Source: Pyrinomonadaceae bacterium (GTDB lineage Bacteria > Acidobacteriota > Blastocatellia > Pyrinomonadales > Pyrinomonadaceae). From it: DNA of 64,000 nt. The notes beneath the pieces were generated by a model that saw only the letters and a program-made list of their open reading frames with translations, made no database searches and was not told where the DNA came from. The stretch covers positions 295 through 64,294 of the forward strand of contig DASYPN010000260.1 in the NCBI GenBank assembly GCA_036006625.1, in the 5' to 3' direction. The stretch's first letter is position 1. The number at the start of each line of letters is the position of its first letter. The translations under genes and the position numbers were made by a program. Below are positions 61,329 to 64,000 of the stretch, piece by piece.

Positions 61329-63065
61329 TTATTTCTTCCGACCGCCGAGCAGTCGCTTCGGAATGTCGACCGAGTTCTTCAATATCCTGCGAGCTTCAGG
61401 CACTCCGAAACCCGCGCCGATGGCGAAGTAGAGAACGCCGTAAGTTCCCAGTACGAGAATCGCGAGAGGAATCGCGTGAAGGGGAGGAAGGATCAGTTTG
61501 ACACCAAAGCCGACAATCGCAGCGATAGCGGCTGCGGCCCAGAGCTTGACCAAATAGATCGCCGCGACACCCGTTGAACCAATCCGTGAGTTGAGTGAGT
61601 GTCGAAGTAACAAGTATTCAATCCATCCGGAAATGCCCGCGGACGCCGTCAAACCCGCCACGCCCCACTTCGGATCAAGACCCAAAACAGGCGGCAGAGT
61701 GATCGCGAAGATATAACCCAGCACTGTGGTTAGAATCACGCGAATAGTGGCGTACCACAGCGGTGTTCGTGTGTCGTGCAGCGCGTAGTAAGTTGATGAG
61801 TAAAGACGACCGTGGGTAGACGCGAGCAGTCCGATCGTCGAACCCGCAAGAATTCCCCAAACGTAAACCGAATCGGCGTGCTTGAATTCACCGGTTTGAT
61901 ACAACGCGCCGGTCATCACGTCGCCGAAGACAAACATCGCCATCGACGAGGGCACGATGAAGAACGAGATCCGCTGTAAACCCGCATTTAAGCGGCTGCG
62001 AAGCTTCACCGCAATCTCATCCTGTGTGCCGAGCGTGCCAGACATCGCCGGCAGTTCAGCTGCTGAAACCGACATTCCAAACAGACTTACCGGCAAGGTG
62101 TACAGACTCTGCGCGTACGTTAACGCCGCAACTGCCTGTGAGCTGATCAATCCCGCGAGCATCGCATCGACAAACGCCGAGATCTGGACCACGCCACGAC
62201 TGACAAACACTGGAATAAAGTTCGTCAACACTTTCCGAACGTTCACGTCCGTCGTATCGACAATCGGTCGCAACGACTTCAGTAGTTTCAGAACAGTAGG
62301 AAACTGAACCCCGATCTGCAGCACACTGCCCACGACAGATCCGAGTGCAACCATGATTACAAGCCGCGCCTGATCCTCACCGCCGCCAAAAACGATCAGC
62401 GTCGTAATGATCGCGAGGTTCCACGCAACCGGTGCAGTGTAAGAGAGAAAGAATCTGCGATGACTGTTCAGTACTCCCAAACACCACGCGGACAGCACGA
62501 GCAGTCCCGCGCCGGGAAAGAGAATCTGAACCAGACGAATCGTTAGTGCGCGTGTGGCGGGATTGAAACTATACGCAAAGAGATTGACGAAGTATGGAGT
62601 CGTCAAAACTCCAACAAGGACGATCACCGACGTCACGAACACCAGCAACGTGAGGACAGCATTGGCGACACGAGTAGCTTCTTTCTTATCGCCGCCGGCG
62701 AGGAGCTTCGCGTAGACGGGAATGAACGAAGCCGAGAGCGCGCCTTCGCCGAAGACATTCTGCAGAAAGTTTGGAATTCGAAACGCGGCGCTGAACGCGC
62801 CGGCAGCATCGGACGTGCCCAGGTAGTGTGCAAAAACTCTTTGCCGGATGACACCGACGATGCGACTGATCAGAATGCCCATTCCGACCAGCATCGCCGA
62901 TCGTCCGGTGGCCTCCTCGGCCTTAGGAGCCGGAAAGTCTCCGGTCGCCTCGCCGATCACGTGAGTCGACTCCCCCGCTGCTTCCTGTGTGTCAATATGA
63001 GTGCTGATATCGATTTGGTCGTTGGGGTCTTTTAGATTTGCCACTGAGAAGCACAAAAAGCTCAA
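61329..63065 (-). CDS. murJ: Lipid II flippase MurJ (MviN family)
   Basis: ISRIVGVIRQRVFAHYLGTSDAAGAFSAAFRIPNFLQNVFGEGALSASFIPVY plus about 14 hydrophobic segments. The N-terminal 57 aa may be spurious; an alternative ATG lies at 62894. Confidence 0.85.
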   Translation of the reverse strand: MSFLCFSVANLKDPNDQIDISTHIDTQEAAGESTHVIGEATGDFPAPKAEEATGRSAMLVGMGILISRIVGVIRQRVFAHYLGTSDAAGAFSAAFRIPNFLQNVFGEGALSASFIPVYAKLLAGGDKKEATRVANAVLTLLVFVTSVIVLVGVLTTPYFVNLFAYSFNPATRALTIRLVQILFPGAGLLVLSAWCLGVLNSHRRFFLSYTAPVAWNLAIITTLIVFGGGEDQARLVIMVALGSVVGSVLQIGVQFPTVLKLLKSLRPIVDTTDVNVRKVLTNFIPVFVSRGVVQISAFVDAMLAGLISSQAVAALTYAQSLYTLPVSLFGMSVSAAELPAMSGTLGTQDEIAVKLRSRLNAGLQRISFFIVPSSMAMFVFGDVMTGALYQTGEFKHADSVYVWGILAGSTIGLLASTHGRLYSSTYYALHDTRTPLWYATIRVILTTVLGYIFAITLPPVLGLDPKWGVAGLTASAGISGWIEYLLLRHSLNSRIGSTGVAAIYLVKLWAAAAIAAIVGFGVKLILPPLHAIPLAILVLGTYGVLYFAIGAGFGVPEARRILKNSVDIPKRLLGGRKK

Positions 63066-63209
63066 ACAAGCGATCCAGTTTACCTCAACTTACCCACCGT
63101 GCGCCTAACACGATCGTGGTAGATAAAAATTCTTAAATCGCGTGATGCCGAAACTGTTCGCGCCCGCAATAATACTCCAAAATCCTGATTGATAATGGAG
63201 TTGAAAATT

Positions 63210-63911
63210 ATGAAGACTTCAGTGGTTCTTGTTCACGGAGCGTTCGCAGATGGGTCCGGTTGGGGTGAGGTTATTCCACTGCTTGAAAAGGCCGGCTACG
63301 ATGTGATCGCAGTTCAGAATCCACTCACGACGTACGCCGACGACGTCGCAACCACTCGTCGCGTGATAGACGCACAAAAGAATCCGGTGGTTCTGGTGGG
63401 CCATTCATACGGCGGCGCCGTCATCACGAAGGCCGCTGTGGGCGCCAGCAATGTGCGCGCACTTGTTTACGTGGCCGCCTTCGGTCCGGATGCTGGTGAG
63501 AATTTGCAGTCGCTTCTGCAGCAATATCCCTCGAAGATTGGCGCTGCGCTTGTGCCCGACGCGGCGGGTTTCTTGTACATCGATCGGGCGCAGTTTAAAG
63601 CTGCGTTTGCAGGGGACGTTTCCGAGCGAGATTTGAGTATCCTTGCTGCTGCGCAGAAACCGATCAACTCAGTGACGTTTGGTCAGGTCTACGAAGAGCC
63701 AGCGTGGAGAGATATTCCGAGTTGGTACCTACTGGCCACCGAGGACCAGGCGATTAATCCTGCGTTGCAACGGATGTTTGCAGAGCGGATGGGTGCGACG
63801 ACTCACGAGGTGAAATCGAGTCACGTTCCGTTCGTTTCACAGCCAGCGACTGTGGCGAAGATCATCGGCGAAGCCGCCGAGGCGACCGAACAGCGCGCGG
63901 CGGCAGTTTAA
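63210..63911 (+). CDS. Alpha/beta hydrolase
   Basis: I prefer ATG 63210 (GGAG lies 9 nt upstream). VVLVHGAFADGSGW and the nucleophile elbow VGHSYGG are present. Confidence 0.8.
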   Translation: MKTSVVLVHGAFADGSGWGEVIPLLEKAGYDVIAVQNPLTTYADDVATTRRVIDAQKNPVVLVGHSYGGAVITKAAVGASNVRALVYVAAFGPDAGENLQSLLQQYPSKIGAALVPDAAGFLYIDRAQFKAAFAGDVSERDLSILAAAQKPINSVTFGQVYEEPAWRDIPSWYLLATEDQAINPALQRMFAERMGATTHEVKSSHVPFVSQPATVAKIIGEAAEATEQRAAAV

Positions 63912-63953
63912 CTGCAACTTCCTCGCCTTAAACCTCACTAACTCATGCCACAT

Positions 63954-64000
63954 TACTGTAGGGGCGGCCCTCCGTGGCCGCCCTCGGTTTAAATCGGGTT
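63954..64000. repeat. Family A element, left part, truncated by the window edge
   Basis: TACTGTAGGGGCGGCCCTCCGTGGCCGCCCTCGGTTTAAATCGGGTT matches the left arms of the composite copies. Confidence 0.8.

Noticed and set aside
2445-64000. Possibility that the recurring GC-rich palindromes form a CRISPR array.
   Set aside because: The copies are dispersed over 60 kb, one per intergenic region. There is no regular repeat-spacer periodicity and there are no cas genes.

Overview
This 64-kb window looks like ordinary chromosome. It is probably from an Acidobacteriota-type genome; that is my inference from the repeat families, the TIGR03437-like (Solibacter-type) C-terminal domains, the many DUF4214 proteins and a Ser/Thr-kinase-AAA-TPR giant, and it is not verified. 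I support about 46 protein-coding genes. I recognised no rRNA, tRNA, CRISPR array, transposase, integrase or phage gene. Contents in order: (1) 0-10 kb: a DinB protein, three paralogous zinc-ribbon single-pass membrane proteins (one fused to ankyrin repeats and a TonB_C-like domain), an ACP-like membrane protein whose two ACP halves sit at opposite termini, a CheY-type receiver and a kinase-STAND-TPR protein. (2) 10-30 kb: S9 peptidases, an AidB-like acyl-CoA dehydrogenase, two paralogous PAS hybrid histidine kinases, a PAS-GGDEF-EAL protein and the oxidative pentose-phosphate genes zwf, gnd and pgl. (3) 30-55 kb: a cell-envelope glycan island bordered by a MazF-type toxin-antitoxin pair. It holds wzm and wzt (separated by about 16 kb), gmd, five GT1/GT4-like glycosyltransferases, a GT-C-like polytopic protein, three methyltransferases (one with a long coiled coil, reminiscent of WbdD) and several secreted metalloprotease or beta-propeller proteins. 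Several lines I spot-counted in this island have visibly lower GC. (4) 55-64 kb: lptD, a metallophosphoesterase, an SRAP peptidase, a GNAT, murJ and an alpha/beta hydrolase. Almost every intergenic spacer is filled by one of at least 9 distinct palindromic REP/MITE-like families, and these create false N-terminal extensions in the ORF track for at least five genes. I found no clear-cut new defence or mobile system. The best candidates for something undescribed are: (a) a conserved bipartite DUF4214 module with a Cys pair, shared by a secreted M10 protease, a small secreted protein and the polytopic membrane protein of the glycan island, with single DUF4214 units on two methyltransferases; (b) an orphan four-His membrane protein sitting next to wzt where wzm normally is; (c) the split or permuted ACP-like membrane protein; (d) helically phased CAGGATT arrays immediately upstream of start codons. 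All functional calls rest on motif recognition by eye, with no searches run.
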